Shown: positions 32,961 through 42,914 of the stretch, piece by piece
Layout of the letters: every line of letters starts with the position of its first letter
Numbering within the stretch: position 1 is the first letter of the stretch
Assembly: GCA_965261085.1 (NCBI GenBank)
Contig: OZ253442.1
Location: forward strand, 2,976,001-3,040,000
Source: a bacterium
GTDB taxonomy: Bacteria > UBA8248
Length of the DNA: 64,000 nucleotides
Reading direction: 5' to 3'
Program-made: the position numbers and the translations under genes
Notes under the pieces: model-generated
The model's input: only the letters and a program-made list of their open reading frames with translations
Told to the model about the DNA's origin: nothing
The model's database searches: none

Positions 32961-34009
32961 GCCGATTCCACCGCGCGATACGCCAGTCCCGCGCCGATGG
33001 CGGCGATGGGAGCGAGAGATTCCATGAGATCCGAATCGAACGCCTCGCCCGGCGCTTCCACATGGCGAAAGGGCTCTAAAATTTCCACCGGCGCGTCGAG
33101 CGCCGCCGCCAAGCGCTCCGGCAGCCCACCCAGCAACGCGCCGCCTCCGGAGAGAACCACCCGCTCGACCTTCGGGGCGGTCGTTATCCGCCACATCAGT
33201 TGAAACGTTCTATCGAGTTCGAAAGCCAGCTTTTGCGCCTCCAGGCGGAGGACGTCGTCCAGGGGGTCCGGGTTGGCGGCGGACGCCTCCCCCAGCTTGA
33301 CGGCCTCCGCTTCTTCGCGGGAGATCACCAGACGATTCGACAGCAATCTCGTCAGCCCCTCTCCGCCGAACGGGATGGCCCTCGTCATCAGGGTGTGCTC
33401 ATCGCACACCACGTTCACCAGGGTCTCGGAGGCGCCGATATCCACCAGGGCGGTGATTTCTCCTTCTTCGCGCATTCCCGAGAGTTCGAAAGCGCTTTCC
33501 ATCGCCAAGAAGTTCACGTCCACGATCACCGGCTCATAATCGACGCGCCTCAGGAAATTCACCAACGCATCGAGCGGCTCCCGCTTCGCGGCGATCATCA
33601 AAAACTCATCCATCCTCTCGGCCCCTCTTTCCAGTTGGCCGACCCGCAGATGGGACAAGCGCACCTCGTCCAGGGGAAAGGGCAGCACCTGCATCGCTTC
33701 GGCTTCGAGGGCGTCGAGGACGGGAAAATCCTCTTCGGCGGGCAGCAGCACCGTCCTCACCATGGCCGCCTTGCCCGAAAGCGCCACGACGACCTTTTTT
33801 TCTTCCTCGTTCCCTGCCGGGAGCAACTCCGCCAGCGCGCGCTCGACCTCCTCGGGGTCATGCACGAAGCCGCCCTGCACGGCGCCCGGAGCCAGGGAAA
33901 CCGCACCCAGGCGGGAGAGGACGACACGCCCCTCTTTCTTTTCGAGTTTCACCAGCTTGACGGCGGAACTCCCGATGTCAATGGCCAAAGGCGTGGAATC
34001 GTCGGACAC
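32957..34009 (-). CDS. pilM: Type IV pilus assembly protein PilM
   Basis: IDIGSSAVKLV, VDIGA, IPFGG..LT and LSGGGA actin-like motifs; directly upstream of aroB. Confidence 0.8.
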   Translation of the reverse strand: MSDDSTPLAIDIGSSAVKLVKLEKKEGRVVLSRLGAVSLAPGAVQGGFVHDPEEVERALAELLPAGNEEEKKVVVALSGKAAMVRTVLLPAEEDFPVLDALEAEAMQVLPFPLDEVRLSHLRVGQLERGAERMDEFLMIAAKREPLDALVNFLRRVDYEPVIVDVNFLAMESAFELSGMREEGEITALVDIGASETLVNVVCDEHTLMTRAIPFGGEGLTRLLSNRLVISREEAEAVKLGEASAANPDPLDDVLRLEAQKLAFELDRTFQLMWRITTAPKVERVVLSGGGALLGGLPERLAAALDAPVEILEPFRHVEAPGEAFDSDLMESLAPIAAIGAGLAYRAVESA

Positions 34010-34035
34010 GATAGTTCTCTACCAGGAGAAAAACA

Positions 34036-35124
34036 TCAAAACAGTCGAATGGGCGTCAGGGTGAACGTACAAATCAGGAGCATCATACATGCAAATCCCA
34101 AAAACCGCCTCTTGCGCGTCAGAGGCTCCCATTCATCCATGAGCGGTGGATGCCGCCGGCCCAACGCGAGCACCATCACGCTCCAGAAGACCCAGCCGGG
34201 CCACCAGTATCCCATCACCAGCAAAACGAGGCCAATCGCGACGGATATCTTCGCGTGCCACCTGCCGAGAAGCGTATAGATGACGTGTCCCCCGTCGAGT
34301 TGTCCGGCGGGGATGAGATTCAGCGACGTCACCAGCAATCCGCACCAGCCCGCAAAGGCCACCGGGTGGAGAAAGATGGTCTGGCCCCGGGGAATCGGGC
34401 CATGTACGAGCCACGCGAGGCCGTCGAATAAAAGAGGGGTCCCCAGCCCGATTCCGAACGAACTTCCCCTGGGCGCGAGCCCGGACATCATCAACCCGAC
34501 GAGGAGGGCCGGAACCGCTGCGGCCAGACCGGCCAGCGGCCCCGCCACGGCCACGTCCATCAGGGCGTTTCGGTTCGAAATCCTCCCGCGTATGCGGATG
34601 ACCGCGCCGAACGTCCCCAGTAGAGATGGGGCCGGCAAGAAATAGGGCAACGATGCGTCCATCCCCCACCTTCGGCTCGAGACGTAATGGCCCATCTCGT
34701 GCGCGCCGAGGATAAGGAGCAGCGTCAGCGAATAGGGAAGCCCCGCCAGAAGAGCCGCCGGCCGCGAGAATACGGCCTCGGGCCCGACCCCTCGCTGGAG
34801 CGCGCCCGCGAACAAGGTGGAGAGCAGGGTCAGCACGAACATCAATGCGGGAATCCCCAAAACTCTCCAGGAGGGGAGCCTCGTCCCGGCCACACGCCCG
34901 AAACGAGCGGCGGGGGGTATTGTTACGTGCACCGGGAGTGGAAACGGCTCCCCTTCGGGCCCGAAACCATCCACGCGCTCATCCGGTGTTTGATCCTTGC
35001 GCGGGGCCTCATGGAGAGGGCGATCGCCCGGTCCGAAATTTCCTGTTTTCTCGTTCAATCGCCGCGTCTCCGGCAGGCGAGGAGAAGAAATCGCGCATCG
35101 CGGTGATTCTAACCCAACCCGCAC
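34036..35124 (-). CDS. Site-2 protease (M50) family protein
   Basis: HEMGH, AGPLAG, NLIPAGQLDGGH; start uncertain. Confidence 0.88.
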   Translation of the reverse strand: MRVGLESPRCAISSPRLPETRRLNEKTGNFGPGDRPLHEAPRKDQTPDERVDGFGPEGEPFPLPVHVTIPPAARFGRVAGTRLPSWRVLGIPALMFVLTLLSTLFAGALQRGVGPEAVFSRPAALLAGLPYSLTLLLILGAHEMGHYVSSRRWGMDASLPYFLPAPSLLGTFGAVIRIRGRISNRNALMDVAVAGPLAGLAAAVPALLVGLMMSGLAPRGSSFGIGLGTPLLFDGLAWLVHGPIPRGQTIFLHPVAFAGWCGLLVTSLNLIPAGQLDGGHVIYTLLGRWHAKISVAIGLVLLVMGYWWPGWVFWSVMVLALGRRHPPLMDEWEPLTRKRRFLGFACMMLLICTFTLTPIRLF

Positions 35125-35196
35125 GGCTCACGCACCTTGACACCTCATCCCGCAATTCCTACCCTCGCGTGTGTAGCATTCGCCCGTGAGAAAAAT

Positions 35197-37236
35197 ATGC
35201 CCAAAACCATCTTGAAATTCATGTGGGCCGCCTCTGTGGCCGCGCTGCTCGTTTCAGGATGCAGCGTAGGACCCGCTCCGGATATATCCGCCAAAGGAGC
35301 CGTTCGCCTCCCCGTCCAGAAGAGAGCGCCCGCTCCCGGGAAGAGCACCCCAACGCCTCGGCCCGTCACCCAAAATGCGCTCGACTCAAGCTCTAGTGGC
35401 TGGTCGGCGCCCGCCCCGGCGCCGCCCGAATCGCCGCCGGCTGCATTGAGAGCGAAATTCGAGAAAAACCCGGCCGCCCCCGACGCCGACAAGACACTGC
35501 TCGACATCGCCAAACACCAGCTCGGGCGCGGGGAATTAACGGCGGCGGCGAGCAGCCTGAAACGACTCCAGGAGAAGTTTCCCTTATCGCCTCTTTATCC
35601 TGAGAGCGTGTTCTATCTCGGTCTGGCGCTTCAGGCCGCGGGGCGACACGAGGAGGCATGGCCTTCTCTCAGGAGCAGCCTGAGCAGGGAGACCAGCCCC
35701 GCAAGACGCGCCCTGCTCGAAGCCTCACTGGGAGAGGTGTACGAAACGCGCGAAGACCCCTTCTCCGCCCTGCTCTCCTATGCGCGCGCCATGAGGAGCG
35801 ACCCAAAAATTTTCGGGAGAGACGTTCTCATCCTGCGGGTCGAGGAACTGGCGAAAACAATCGTTGCGCATCGGCTTCGCACGGCGGCCGAGCGCTTCGC
35901 CGGATCGCCTGCGGGTCCATATCTGCAAGCGGCCCTGTCGAGTCGGGAGGAGCAGGAGCGACGCTCTCAGGCCGCGCGAGATGATGCGCCCGCTCAAAGC
36001 ACGGCAGGAGAGGCGAGCGCGCCTTCGCCTTTGAGTTCCGGGCGTGTGGGCATCATGCTCCCGCTCTCGGGCCCTGCCGGCGGCGCGGGCGGGCGCGTCT
36101 ACCAGGGGGTCCAACTGGCGCTTCGCCACAGCCTGGCGAAATATCCGGGCCTCAGGATCCAACTCGCCGTTCGCGATACGAAGAGCGCGGCGCAATCCGC
36201 GGGCGATGCGGCGGAAGTGGCCGCCGAACTGATTACCCAGGAAAAGGCGCTCGCCCTCATCGGCCCGCTCCTCACCGAAGCGGCGGAATCCGCCGCCGAA
36301 GCCGCGAACCGCCTGAAGACCCCCATGCTCACGCCGTTTGCGCTCAGGATGCGCATGAACCCCGATTTCACCTGGGTGTTCCGCAATGCGCTCACGAACC
36401 GCTTACAGGCCCAAGGCGTCGCCGCCTACGCCGTCCAGAACCTGGGGATGCGGCGCTTCGCCGTCCTCTATCCGGCGGAGCGCGACGGGATAGAACTGAC
36501 CGACGCATTCACGCAGGCGGTGGAGAATCTGGGGGGCGAAGTCGTCAAAATCATTTCTTTCCCGGAAAACGCCACCGACTTCAGGGCGCAGATGCGCGCG
36601 CTCGGCGGCATGGAAGATCGCCAATTGAACAGGCTGAAACGCTCGCTCGGGCTCGGCAAATCGGACCCCTACCAGCTCAGCCTGAACTTCGAAGCCCTCT
36701 TCGCGCCCGTCCACCACGAGGTGGCGGTCCTCATCGCGCCGCAGGTCTTCTTCTACAACATGAGCGAAGTCAGGCTCCTGGGCGGCAGCGGATGGAACAA
36801 CCCCCGCCTGCTCGAACACGGGGAGCGCTACGTGGAGGGCGCGGTTTTCGTCGATGGATTTTTCTCAGGTTCGGCGGAGCCCAAGGTGGCGCGTTTCGTG
36901 AATGAATTCAAAAGCATTTTCGGGAAAACGCCGGACATCTTCTCGGCCCTGGGCTATGACGCGGCGCAAATCATCTTCTCGGCCATTGCGCAGGGGGCCA
37001 GGACGCGTGAGGACGTGAGGCGATATCTCGCCGCCCTCAGGGGCTTCGAGGGCGTCACGGGGCTGACGGACATGGGCCCGGACAACGACGCGCAACGCCA
37101 GTTGTTCGTGCTGTCGGTTCAGAAGAAAAAAATCCGGCATCTTCAGATGGTCACGCCGCACAGGACGTTCGCGGGAGGCGCGGCCTGGAGCGATAACGCA
37201 TTGCTCCCCCCGGCCCTCAACCCGGCGACGCAATGA
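35197..37236 (+). CDS. LppC/LpoA-like lipoprotein (TPR plus periplasmic-binding-protein fold)
   Basis: Lipobox LVSGC, TPRs, VGIMLPLSG, LIGPL, ALGYDAA, FEGVTG. Confidence 0.8.
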   Translation: MPKTILKFMWAASVAALLVSGCSVGPAPDISAKGAVRLPVQKRAPAPGKSTPTPRPVTQNALDSSSSGWSAPAPAPPESPPAALRAKFEKNPAAPDADKTLLDIAKHQLGRGELTAAASSLKRLQEKFPLSPLYPESVFYLGLALQAAGRHEEAWPSLRSSLSRETSPARRALLEASLGEVYETREDPFSALLSYARAMRSDPKIFGRDVLILRVEELAKTIVAHRLRTAAERFAGSPAGPYLQAALSSREEQERRSQAARDDAPAQSTAGEASAPSPLSSGRVGIMLPLSGPAGGAGGRVYQGVQLALRHSLAKYPGLRIQLAVRDTKSAAQSAGDAAEVAAELITQEKALALIGPLLTEAAESAAEAANRLKTPMLTPFALRMRMNPDFTWVFRNALTNRLQAQGVAAYAVQNLGMRRFAVLYPAERDGIELTDAFTQAVENLGGEVVKIISFPENATDFRAQMRALGGMEDRQLNRLKRSLGLGKSDPYQLSLNFEALFAPVHHEVAVLIAPQVFFYNMSEVRLLGGSGWNNPRLLEHGERYVEGAVFVDGFFSGSAEPKVARFVNEFKSIFGKTPDIFSALGYDAAQIIFSAIAQGARTREDVRRYLAALRGFEGVTGLTDMGPDNDAQRQLFVLSVQKKKIRHLQMVTPHRTFAGGAAWSDNALLPPALNPATQ

Positions 37237-37261
37237 GGTAAAGCCAAAACCGGAACATCCG

Positions 37262-37710
37262 GGGGCAGTTGAAATACCTCCTCAAGGGGCCGTTGAAAAT
37301 GTCCTGTTCTCGTTATTCGGCGTGTGGGGCCACCCGAGGAGGGAGGAGAAATAACTCTCCTCTTGCAGAGCGCCAACCAACCAATCCCCCCTTGAGAGGA
37401 TTGTTGAAAAACCCTGCTTTCGTGATTCGGTGAATGGAACCAACCAGGGAGGGGGCCGTAGCGGACAGGCCCCTGTGCCTGTCCGAGGTCGCGACCTGAC
37501 CTTGCGAAGCGGTGCGGCTTTGTTCGTCATTCCGGCGAAAGCCGGAATCCATTTGTTTTGCCTTTGATTTTTATTTTCAGATTGATTCCCGTCAATGACG
37601 GGGAGATGAAAAGCCGGAGTAGTGTCATTCTGCTCGACAATGGATTCCGGCTTTCGCCGGAATGACGGCTGTGGCCAATTCCGAGCGAGGAGGGGGTTTT
37701 CAACAACCCC
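37262..37710. mobile_element. Miniature inverted-repeat element, TIR family 1 (locus 1)
   Basis: Left ends GGGGCAGTTGAAA (37262), GGGGCCGTTGAAAA (37286) and AGGATTGTTGAAAAACCC (37397); right end GGGGTTTTCAACAACCCC (ends 37710); ATCCG on both outer flanks. Confidence 0.7.
37526..37666. repeat. GTCATTCC-type palindromic repeat doublet
   Basis: GTCATTCCGGCGAAAGCCGGAATCCA ... TGGATTCCGGCTTTCGCCGGAATGAC is a perfect 26-bp inverted pair. Confidence 0.9.
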
Positions 37711-37757
37711 ATCCGGGGCAGGATTCTTGAAGCGCCCGTTTCGGGCGGCCCTTCACC

Positions 37758-38540
37758 TCAAATCTGTATCGCGCCGCACGAGATGGTGTAAGCCTGTCCG
37801 GTGATTCCGCCCGCATCCTCGCTTGCGAGGTATAGGGCCATCGCGGCTATCTCCCCGGGCGCGAGAAAACGCCCCATGGGGATATCGTCCCTGAAACGAT
37901 TCATCGCCGCCTCTTCGCTCTCTCCATCCTCCCCATGGTCGGCGAGACCTTCCCGGAAGGCGGCGACCAGACCCGTGTCCACGAAGCCGGGACAAATCGC
38001 GTTCACGGTGACGCCCGCCGCCGCTGCTTCCAACGCCACCGATCGAACCAGACCCAGCACCCCGTGTTTCGCCGCGTGGTAGGCGCTGCGGTTCGGCCCG
38101 CCGATTTTGCCCGACACCGAACTTATCGCTATGAGGCGGCCCCAACCGCTCTCGGTCATGCCTGAGATCGCCGCGCGAAAAGAATAGAACACGCCGTTTA
38201 AGTTCACGCGCAGGACTTCATCCCAAAGGGCGTCCGTGGTCTCTCCCAGCGGCGCATGGATGAGCGAGCCCGCGTTGGCGACCAGAACGTCCACCCCTCC
38301 CAATTCGCCCGCAGCGCGCCGAACCGCCTCTTCCACGTTTTGGGAATCGCCCACGTCGCAGGGTATCGCCAAAGAGCGCCGCCCCTTTGCCCTAATCTCC
38401 TCCGCGACCGAATCGATCTCGGCCCGCGTTCTCGCCGCAACAACCACGTCCGCGCCCGCATCGGCGAATTTGAGCGCGATGGCGCGCCCGATGCCCCGCC
38501 CCCCGCCGGTGATGAACGCTCGTTTCCCCTCAAGCCGCAT
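37758..38540 (-). CDS. SDR family oxidoreductase
   Basis: TGGGRGIG, ANAG, YHAAKHG, VNAICPGFVDT. Confidence 0.92.
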   Translation of the reverse strand: MRLEGKRAFITGGGRGIGRAIALKFADAGADVVVAARTRAEIDSVAEEIRAKGRRSLAIPCDVGDSQNVEEAVRRAAGELGGVDVLVANAGSLIHAPLGETTDALWDEVLRVNLNGVFYSFRAAISGMTESGWGRLIAISSVSGKIGGPNRSAYHAAKHGVLGLVRSVALEAAAAGVTVNAICPGFVDTGLVAAFREGLADHGEDGESEEAAMNRFRDDIPMGRFLAPGEIAAMALYLASEDAGGITGQAYTISCGAIQI

Positions 38541-39627
38541 GGGCGCTCTCCCCGGCGCACATGGCGTGTGAGCGCGCGGCGAGGCGGTCGAAGAAGCTCG
38601 CCACCTCGCGGAGGACGGCGTCCATATCTTCCGTCCGGTTCACCTGCTCGCGCATCGCCGAGCCTCCCCGCAGCCCCTTCATGTAGGCGGGCAGATGCTT
38701 CCGGCAGTGGAACACGGCGAGCCGCTCGCCCAGCACCTCTCTCATGAGCCCGAAGTGGCGAAGCACCATGTTCTTCTTCTCGACGAGATCGGGCGGCGGG
38801 GGCAATTCTCCGGTTTTGAGCCAGTGAAGCAGGCGCGAGAAAATCCACGGATTGCCGATGGCGCCCCGCCCTATCATGAGGGCGTCCACGCCGGTGCGGC
38901 GAATCATGGCGATGGCGTCCTGGGGACTCAGGATGCTCCCGTTTCCAAAAACGGGCACCTTGACCGCGCGCTTCACCCGCGCGATGGCCTCCAGATCCAC
39001 TTCGCCGCTGAACATGGCCTCGCGGGTTCTGCCGTGCACGGTGATGGCCCGCGCGCCCGCATCCTCCACCGCTTTGGCGAAAACCTCCGCCGAGCTTTTC
39101 TCGATGGTGTCCCAGCCGGTGCGCATCTTCACCGTCACGGGTATGCGCACCGCGCGCACCATGGCGGAGACGATGGCATACGCCTGTTCGGGATATTTCA
39201 GGAGCGAGGAGCCCGCCTGGTTTTTCGTTATCTTCTTGACGGGGCAGCCACAGTTCAGGTCCACGATGTCGGCGCCCGCCTCCTCCACCATGGCCGCCGC
39301 CTCGCCCATCTGGACGGGGTCTGCGCCGAAAAGCTGGATGGAGACCGGCTTTTCCGCCGCGTCGTTGCGCATCAAATCGTATGTTTTCTGGTGGCGTCGA
39401 ACGAGGGCCTGGCTGCTCACCATCTCGGTGGCCACCATGCCCGCGCCATGCGCCTTCACCAGCGAGCGGAAGGGCAGGTTCGTATAGCCCGCCATGGGCG
39501 CCATGACGAGTCGGTTCTCGACCCTCACGCCTCCGATGTCCAAGGGGGCATCGAAACCCTCAGGCGGCGGCGGAACCGCCTCCAGAGGCGTCTCCAATAC
39601 GTTCGGGCCCGCTTCTTCCGGGCGCAT
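38530..39627 (-). CDS. dusB: tRNA-dihydrouridine synthase DusB
   Basis: MAPMAG, DLNCGCPVKK, PVTVKMRTGWD, VHGRTR, MIGRGAIGNPWIF. Confidence 0.92.
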   Translation of the reverse strand: MRPEEAGPNVLETPLEAVPPPPEGFDAPLDIGGVRVENRLVMAPMAGYTNLPFRSLVKAHGAGMVATEMVSSQALVRRHQKTYDLMRNDAAEKPVSIQLFGADPVQMGEAAAMVEEAGADIVDLNCGCPVKKITKNQAGSSLLKYPEQAYAIVSAMVRAVRIPVTVKMRTGWDTIEKSSAEVFAKAVEDAGARAITVHGRTREAMFSGEVDLEAIARVKRAVKVPVFGNGSILSPQDAIAMIRRTGVDALMIGRGAIGNPWIFSRLLHWLKTGELPPPPDLVEKKNMVLRHFGLMREVLGERLAVFHCRKHLPAYMKGLRGGSAMREQVNRTEDMDAVLREVASFFDRLAARSHAMCAGESAHAA

Positions 39628-39648
39628 CAGTTCATCCTCCCGAAAACG

Positions 39649-40773
39649 CTATCCATTCGACGCCTCTCCGAGTTCCCATGAGGGGTCCGCATCCATATCT
39701 GTGAAATCCATGAAACTCTCGGGCCCGCGTTCTCTCAGCTTGAAGCCGCCCGCGCAGGCGATCATCGCGGCGTTGTCCGTACAGTATTTGCGCGCGGGGA
39801 AATGGAGAGACCAGCCCTCTCGCTTCGTTCTTTCGCCCAACTGCGCGCGCAGATAGGAATTCGCGGCCACGCCCCCGCTCACGGAGACGGCGGGCAGCTT
39901 TTCCCTGCGAACCACCCTGCTCACCTTCTCCACCAGCACCTCCACCGCCGCTTCCTGAAATCCCGCTGCCACGGCGCACGCCACCTCCTCAGGCACTTCC
40001 TGGGGGCGCGCCCAGGGGGGGAGGTTCCTGTCGCTCAGGTAGAGCCCTCTTTTTTTCTGATAGTTTAACACGGCCGTTTTCAACCCACTAAAGCTGAAGG
40101 CATAAGGCCTGTCCTTCAGAAAAGGCCGGGGAAATTCAACCGCCTTCGCATCGCTCCCGTTCGCCTCGAGAAACTTCGCATGCAGGCGATCGACGATGGG
40201 GCCGCCCGGATAGCCCAGCCCCATGATGGCCGCCACCTTGTCATAGGCCTCGCCGAGGGCGTCATCCAGCGTGCCGCCCAAGTGCGTCACCTCGGAGTGT
40301 CCGCCCACGCGGTAGAAATCCGTATGCCCGCCCGAGACCACGAAACCCAGATGAGGAAACGGAGGCGGAGCGTCGCTCTCGTTTCCGGTAGGCAGAAAAA
40401 GAGAGTGAATGTGCCCGTCTAGATGATGCACGCCGATGAGCGGAATTTTCAGGCTCCACGCCAGACCCTTCGCGGCGGATAAACCCACGAGCAAGGCCAC
40501 CACGAGGCCCGGTCCGCGCGTGACCGCCACGGCGTCGACCTCTTTGGTGGAGATAGACGCATCTTCTAAAGCCGCCTTAAGGACAGGGGATATCATCTCC
40601 ACATGGCGGCGCGCCGCGAGTTCGGGGACCACGCCGCCGAAGCGCGCATGGATTTCATGCTGGGAGGCCACGACGTTGGAGAGGACTCGGGGGGCGGAAC
40701 CATCCCCGAATTCCAGCACGGAAGCCGCCGTCTCGTCGCAACTCGTCTCAACGCCCAGAATATACACTTTCAT
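39649..40773 (-). CDS. tsaD: tRNA threonylcarbamoyltransferase TsaD
   Basis: GVETSCDETAAS, GGVVPELAARRH, VSGGHT, FSFSGLKT, CTDNAAMIA. Confidence 0.96.
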   Translation of the reverse strand: MKVYILGVETSCDETAASVLEFGDGSAPRVLSNVVASQHEIHARFGGVVPELAARRHVEMISPVLKAALEDASISTKEVDAVAVTRGPGLVVALLVGLSAAKGLAWSLKIPLIGVHHLDGHIHSLFLPTGNESDAPPPFPHLGFVVSGGHTDFYRVGGHSEVTHLGGTLDDALGEAYDKVAAIMGLGYPGGPIVDRLHAKFLEANGSDAKAVEFPRPFLKDRPYAFSFSGLKTAVLNYQKKRGLYLSDRNLPPWARPQEVPEEVACAVAAGFQEAAVEVLVEKVSRVVRREKLPAVSVSGGVAANSYLRAQLGERTKREGWSLHFPARKYCTDNAAMIACAGGFKLRERGPESFMDFTDMDADPSWELGEASNG

Positions 40774-41030
40774 ACTCCCCGCTTTGCGCAAACCTCATCA
40801 AGTCCTGGTTCAAGGGGATACGGGAACTTTTCCGCAGAATCAACACCCACCAGGCGCGTAAGCCTGATTTTCCGGCTCATCATCGGTCAAAAAGCGGGTT
40901 TGGGGAAGATGGGGGGTGGAATTTGGGGGAGAATCGCCGGAATGACGGCGATCAAACGTGACTGGAGAGGGAGAGATCGCCGACGCTCTGAAAATTCACT
41001 CCCCCCTTGAGGGTCAATTTCGACTGAGCA

Positions 41031-41303
41031 GGGGCTGTTGAAAAAGCCTTTGTCAAGGGAGCAACCCCCCTGTCCCCCCTTGTCAGGGGGGCTTTTCTTC
41101 CACCCCCTCGTCGGGGGGCATCGCCTTTACCCCCTGACAAGGGGGGCCAGGGGGGGTTGGTTTCCAGCCGAGGGAGGGCGAGCGGGACGGGTAAAGTACT
41201 ATTCCCTCCGACTCCCCCCCATTCTTCCTTGCCATGAACGCTCCCTCCCCGGTCGCGTTCGACCCCCAACCCCCCTTGTCAGGGGGGCTTTTTCAACAAC
41301 CCC
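41031..41303. mobile_element. Miniature inverted-repeat element, TIR family 1 (element B, 273 bp)
   Basis: GGGGCTGTTGAAAAAGCC ... GGCTTTTTCAACAACCCC; interior built from CCCCCTTGTCAGGGGGG palindromes. Confidence 0.8.
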
Positions 41304-41379
41304 GATGAGGAAGAGGGTTTGTGGAAGCCCAGGAACGAGGAACACATCGGCTCGCAACCCTCGCCCCGCGCCCGTTCCA

Positions 41380-42702
41380 TTATCCGGCAAAGTGACCCAT
41401 CGCAGCGAATCCAAGTCCCATCAGCGCCGCAACGCCCAGGGTTCTCATGAGAGACTGGTGTCGCCAGAGGAGCATGATCGCGCTCACGGCGCCGACGAGC
41501 AGAACCCGCCAGTCCAGGGAATACCAGTCCGGCGCCAGGAGTTTGACCGGGCCGAATTGTCGGGACGGCAGTTCGGCGAACAGGACATGCAGACCGAACC
41601 AGATGGAGAGGTTGAGAATGACACCCACCACCGCCGCCGTAATCGCCTCCAGAGCGCCCTTCAGCCGAGGCTGGGCCGTGAGCTGCTCGATATAGGGCGC
41701 GCCGACGAATATCCACAGGAAACAGGGCGCGAACGTAACCCAGAGCGTGACCAGCGCACCGGCAATTCCCATGCTCACCCCGCCCGCCCGGTATCCTGCG
41801 ATATAGCCGACGAACTCCGTAACCAGGATCAGCGGCCCCGGGGTGGTTTCCGCCAGCCCCAGGCCATCCATCATTTCACCGGCGCTCAGCCAGCCTTTAT
41901 AGGTCACCACGTCCTGCGCCAGGTAGGCGAGCACCGCGTAGGCTCCGCCGAACGTGACCACCGCGAGGCGGGAGAAGAAATTGCCGATCTGCACCAGAAT
42001 GTCGTAGCCGCCCAGAACCATCAGCAACAGCACCGGCGTCCACCAGACAACCATCCATATCACTACCGTCCTCACCGTGCCGGACATCGAACCGCCACCC
42101 CGCCCGGTCCCGGTCTTTTCGGCGCTTTGGCCGCCCAACAGGAAAAATCCGACCAGGCCGGATAACAGGATAAGGAAGGGGTACGGGACCGACAGAAAGA
42201 AGATGGCCACGAAGGCCAGGCCGGCGATGACCCAGTGCACGGCGGAATGCAGCGCTCTCTTCGACACCTTCAGCAAAGCCTCCAGCACGATGATGAGAAC
42301 CGCACCCTTGATCCCGAGAAACAGCGCGGCCATTACCGGCAGGTGGCCCACGGCCATGTACAGCGCCGCCAGCCCGAGCACCACCAAAGCGCCCGGGACC
42401 ACGAACAAGAGGCCCGCCAGCAACCCGCCGGGCACGCCGCGCAACTGCCACCCCGCGTAGGTGGCGAGCTGCATGGCCTCGGGGCCGGGCAGCAGCATGC
42501 AGAAGCTGAGCGCGCCCAGGAACCTTGGCTCGTCGAGCCACTTTTCCTCCTCCACCAGGACACGGTGCATGAGCGCTATCTGCGCCACCGGGCCGCCAAA
42601 GGACAGGATACCGATGCGCCAGAATACGGCGAACATCCGGCGCCAAGAGATGCCTGATTCCCAATGCGCGTCGTCGCCGGCGGGGTCTGCGACACCCATC
42701 AT
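41380..42702 (-). CDS. chrA: Chromate efflux transporter (long-chain CHR)
   Basis: SFGGPVAQI, LLPGPEAMQLATY, TFGGAYAVL, ETTPGPL; AAGGAGG SD. Confidence 0.93.
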   Translation of the reverse strand: MMGVADPAGDDAHWESGISWRRMFAVFWRIGILSFGGPVAQIALMHRVLVEEEKWLDEPRFLGALSFCMLLPGPEAMQLATYAGWQLRGVPGGLLAGLLFVVPGALVVLGLAALYMAVGHLPVMAALFLGIKGAVLIIVLEALLKVSKRALHSAVHWVIAGLAFVAIFFLSVPYPFLILLSGLVGFFLLGGQSAEKTGTGRGGGSMSGTVRTVVIWMVVWWTPVLLLMVLGGYDILVQIGNFFSRLAVVTFGGAYAVLAYLAQDVVTYKGWLSAGEMMDGLGLAETTPGPLILVTEFVGYIAGYRAGGVSMGIAGALVTLWVTFAPCFLWIFVGAPYIEQLTAQPRLKGALEAITAAVVGVILNLSIWFGLHVLFAELPSRQFGPVKLLAPDWYSLDWRVLLVGAVSAIMLLWRHQSLMRTLGVAALMGLGFAAMGHFAG

Positions 42703-42914
42703 CGTCCTCCTTTATCGGTCGGCAATGCAGTTCCTTCCTCCTCGGTCGGAACTGACCTTCATCAGTCGGGTTTGACACCTTGCGGCCCCTGGCGGCGGCA
42801 TCCCTTCTGTGGGGAGTGATTGTGAAGTCCCTACTATCGAGGTCCCCGCCGGAATCCAGCGATTTCGCCTTTGTCTTTTCGCCTTACCGTTTTTTGAAAA
42901 GAGCGCCACTCTTT

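Larger units (their letters stand above)
41011..42778. mobile_element. Putative non-autonomous composite element (TIR family 2) containing element B and chrA
   Basis: Left end GGGTCAATTTCGACTGA (41011); inverted copies TCGGTCGGAACTGACCT (42742-42758) and TCAGTCGGGTTTGACAC (42762-42778). Confidence 0.5.

Noticed and set aside
41038-42165. 375-aa ORF starting inside element B, a possible transposase
   Set aside because: It reads through palindromic repeats and then antisense to chrA, and has no DDE or HUH motif.
42703-42780. Hairpin upstream of chrA as a riboswitch (fluoride or chrB-type motif)
   Set aside because: It does not match the fluoride riboswitch consensus as I recall it, and a near copy at 43538-43570 has no gene downstream, so an element end explains it better. 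An Rfam search is still worthwhile.
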